NCBI RefSeq assembly: GCF_902726565.1
Contig: NZ_CACVAF010000013.1
Span: 23,266-53,265 of the forward strand
DNA from: Yersinia vastinensis
Lineage (GTDB): Bacteria; Pseudomonadota; Gammaproteobacteria; Enterobacterales; Enterobacteriaceae
Reading direction: 5' to 3'
Length of the DNA stretch: 30,000 nucleotides
The notes under the pieces were generated by a model that had not been told where the DNA came from, did not search any database, and was given only the letters and a program-made list of their open reading frames with translations. A program made the translations under genes and the position numbers. This document shows, one piece after another, positions 27,065 to 30,000 of the stretch; within the stretch, counting starts at the first letter, position 1; every line of letters begins with the position of its first letter.

Positions 27065-27667
27065 CTATACGCTCGCCTTAAAGGAATGTAGACGATTCAT
27101 TGCTTTGGTGATGCCCTCTTTCAACAGCACCTCAGTACAACGAATAGATTCGTCAATTGCATCGTCAATTAATGTTTGCTCACTGGCTGGCGGTTTACCA
27201 AGAACAAAACCAGTGACTTTACTCTTATCACCCGGGTGGCCAATACCAATACGTAGACGATAGAAATTGGGATTGTTGCCAAGTTTGCTCTGAATATCTT
27301 TCAGGCCGTTATGTCCACCATTCCCCCCACCCAATTTCAACTTGGCTACGCCTGGTGGGATATCAAGTTCATCATGGGCGACTAGAATTTCTTCGGGCAG
27401 TATGCGGTAAAATCCGGCCATTGCCGAAACCGCTTTGCCACTTAAGTTCATAAATGTAGACGGCACCAGCAAGCGAACATCCTGACCTGCCAGATTTAAC
27501 CGTGCGGTATAACCGAAGAATTTACTCTCTTCTTTCAGTGATTGATTATGGCGTTCAGCCAATAAATCCACATACCAGGCTCCCGCATTATGGCGAGTTT
27601 GGGCATATTCAGCGCCCGGATTTGCCAGCCCAACGATTAATTTAATGCTGCTCACGTCGTCATTCAC
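27065..27667 (-). CDS. pth: Peptidyl-tRNA hydrolase
   Basis: Colinear with E. coli Pth ([56 protein letters not shown]). The start is uncertain: GTG at 27667 gives 200 aa and GTG at 27655 gives 196 aa, and neither has a clear SD. Confidence 0.9.
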   Translation of the reverse strand: MNDDVSSIKLIVGLANPGAEYAQTRHNAGAWYVDLLAERHNQSLKEESKFFGYTARLNLAGQDVRLLVPSTFMNLSGKAVSAMAGFYRILPEEILVAHDELDIPPGVAKLKLGGGNGGHNGLKDIQSKLGNNPNFYRLRIGIGHPGDKSKVTGFVLGKPPASEQTLIDDAIDESIRCTEVLLKEGITKAMNRLHSFKASV

Positions 27668-27898
27668 TATAACTAAAGGAATTAAAGTGGGACAGTTTAC
27701 CTGTCATGGGCGTAATAACAAAACCCAGGATGGTAACTTATTTGTTATTGACTCATTAGTCGATAACACCTTTGAGGGTTTTTAATATGGATTACACAGA
27801 AACTGATTCACAATGTGAATAATTACTTGAATGTATAATTCAATCTTGGTGCTAAATGACTGGATAATGTAAAGATTTGTTGGAATATATTTGCCAGT

Positions 27899-27914
27899 TG
27901 TGATCACAAGCGCA
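27899..27914. promoter_or_regulatory. CRP-like site upstream of ychH
   Basis: TGTGA-TCACAA-GCGCA has a perfect left half-site and matches 3 of 5 positions in the right half-site. TGTGATCACA (27899-27908) is itself a 10-bp palindrome. The site lies about 130 bp upstream of the ychH ATG. I recall ychH being CRP-activated in E. coli. Confidence 0.4.
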
Positions 27915-28036
27915 ATACCTTCGCGGTGAGGCTGACTATACTTAGTTATTAAGTGGACATGAATAATCGCATTAAGCAAGCAGTTTAGATGTATGGCTAA
28001 GTGGTTATTTATTGGCAGCCCAAGTGGAGGTGGCAT

Positions 28037-28309
28037 ATGAAACGTAAAAATGCAGCAATGCTCGGTAATGTGCTCATGGGTCTGGGTTTGGTAACAATGG
28101 TCGGCGGGGTAGGTTACTCTATTCTGACAGAAGTTACCCAGCTTGGTTTACCGCAATTTTTTGCCCACGGAGCAGTGATGAGTATTTTTGTCGGGGCACT
28201 GTTATGGTTAGTCGGTGCACGTATTGGTGGGCGTGAAGAAGTGGCAGACCGCTATTGGTGGGTTAAACACTTTGATAAACGTTGCAACCGTAATCAACGT
28301 CACTCGTAG
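28037..28309 (+). CDS. ychH: Stress-induced small inner-membrane protein YchH
   Basis: 90 aa from MKRKNAAMLGNVLMGLGLV..., colinear with E. coli YchH (FAHGAV.SIFVGA.LWL.GAR.GG, DRYWWV.H.DKRC). The ATG at 28037 follows a GGAGGTGG SD. The track ORF start at 28001 is an artefactual extension. Confidence 0.9.
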   Translation: MKRKNAAMLGNVLMGLGLVTMVGGVGYSILTEVTQLGLPQFFAHGAVMSIFVGALLWLVGARIGGREEVADRYWWVKHFDKRCNRNQRHS

Positions 28310-28415
28310 TCATTTGTTAGCGCTATCGATGAATGGCAGCGTTTAGACGTTTAAAACAGTCAATAGAGAACCTATCTTCTCGGCTTTTAAGTGAGCTGAT
28401 GTTAGGGAGGGGTAA

Positions 28416-28478
28416 ATGACGGCTCAACGATCTATTAGCCAAGAGTCAATTGATCACGAACCTATCGATCAAGAGTAG
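28416..28478 (+). CDS. Candidate 20-codon small ORF (MTAQRSISQESIDHEPIDQE)
   Basis: A strong SD (GGGAGGGG) lies 5 nt upstream of the ATG at 28416. The TAG stop directly abuts the stem of the terminator at 28481. I found no terminator between ychH and this ORF. I have no homology or coding-statistics support, so this call is speculative. Confidence 0.25.
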   Translation: MTAQRSISQESIDHEPIDQE

Positions 28479-28517
28479 AAAACCCGTTGTCGCATCTGCT
28501 TCAACGGGTTTTTCTTT
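28479..28517. terminator. Rho-independent terminator (ychH transcript; may also serve prs on the opposite strand)
   Basis: A 9-bp stem, AACCCGTTG (28481-28489) pairing with CAACGGGTT (28502-28510), has a 12-nt loop. It is flanked by GAAAA upstream and TTTTCTTT downstream. Confidence 0.8.
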
Positions 28518-28660
28518 ATCTGCTTCAGTCAGTTCATCGCGCAGTATCAAAAAGCCACAAATACCCTAACGCGATCCCCACGGAGTGGCTTATCACGAAA
28601 TAACCCGATGGTTAACTGCGGCCACATAGCACCGCAGGGATATTCATAACGTAATACTGA

Positions 28661-29650
<990 letters not shown>

Positions 29651-29825
29651 TCAGTAATCAGGGGCGATTAATACATACTGATTGCAATATACATACGGGT
29701 ATTTAAAGCCAAAACACATCAAACCTAAAACAGCATTATGAACCGGCTTTCAATCAAGTGAGACAGGTATTTCAGAACCCAAGGTCAGCGGCCAATACTT
29801 CGACCTGACATAACGCTGTAAATCG

Positions 29826-30000
29826 TTATCTGTGCTCACTGCTTTCAATTTTCCCAGAGCGTACACGATGCAGTGGCGAAACATTCACACCACGGGCGAC
29901 AAAACCGTGCAACCACTCAGGGGCAATACTTAACACCTGCCGGGCCGATGACTCAGTGTCGAATTCTGCAAACACACAAGCGCCGGTTCCGGTAAGGCGT
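29826..30000 (-). CDS. ispE: 4-diphosphocytidyl-2-C-methyl-D-erythritol kinase, 3' end only (5' part lies outside the window)
   Basis: My own minus-strand translation from 29999 gives [45 protein letters not shown]...*, which matches the E. coli IspE C-terminus ([17 protein letters not shown]). The TAA stop is at 29826-29828. The gene is upstream of prs, as in E. coli. Confidence 0.85.
   Translation of the reverse strand, partial: RLTGTGACVFAEFDTESSARQVLSIAPEWLHGFVARGVNVSPLHRVRSGKIESSEHR

Noticed and set aside
27782-28036. 84-aa minus-strand ORF in the pth-ychH spacer
   Set aside because: It covers the ychH promoter and SD region. Its composition is Ile/Asn/Leu-rich, typical of AT-rich non-coding DNA. 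It has no SD and no recognisable domain.

Overview
This window is a chromosomal segment from an Enterobacterales-type gammaproteobacterium. It is moderately AT-rich and I cannot assign a genus without a search. All homology statements rest on my recollection of E. coli K-12 proteins, not on a database search.

I count 29 intact CDS, one 3'-truncated CDS and one speculative mini-ORF, arranged in four blocks:
1. 31-4989: a GalNAc-type PTS operon (kbaZ-agaV-agaW-agaE-agaF) with a divergent DeoR repressor, agaR, and an array of AgaR-like operator repeats.
2. 5208-21500: the complete ydiL-ydiM-(extra LysR)-ydiN-ydiB-aroD-ydiF-ydiO / ydiP / ydiQRST-fadK supercluster.
3. 21618-25069: the cyanate operon cynTSX with divergent cynR.
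4. 25193-30000: core housekeeping genes ychF, pth, ychH, prs and the 3' end of ispE.

I found no rRNA, tRNA, CRISPR array, IS element, transposase, integrase, phage gene or recognisable defence gene. I do not see a clearly novel multi-gene system.

The items most worth a second look are:
- the functionally unresolved Ydi CoA-transferase / acyl-CoA dehydrogenase / FixABCX-type ETF / ligase module, physically linked to a quinate/shikimate module;
- an extra LysR regulator inserted in that module;
- an orphan membrane-anchored ORF that splits the normally adjacent pth and ychF;
- a 20-codon ORF with a strong SD, directly abutting a terminator, downstream of ychH where E. coli carries dauA;
- an FNR/CRP-like site in the ydiP-ydiQ spacer;
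- the juxtaposition of loci that are dispersed in E. coli.
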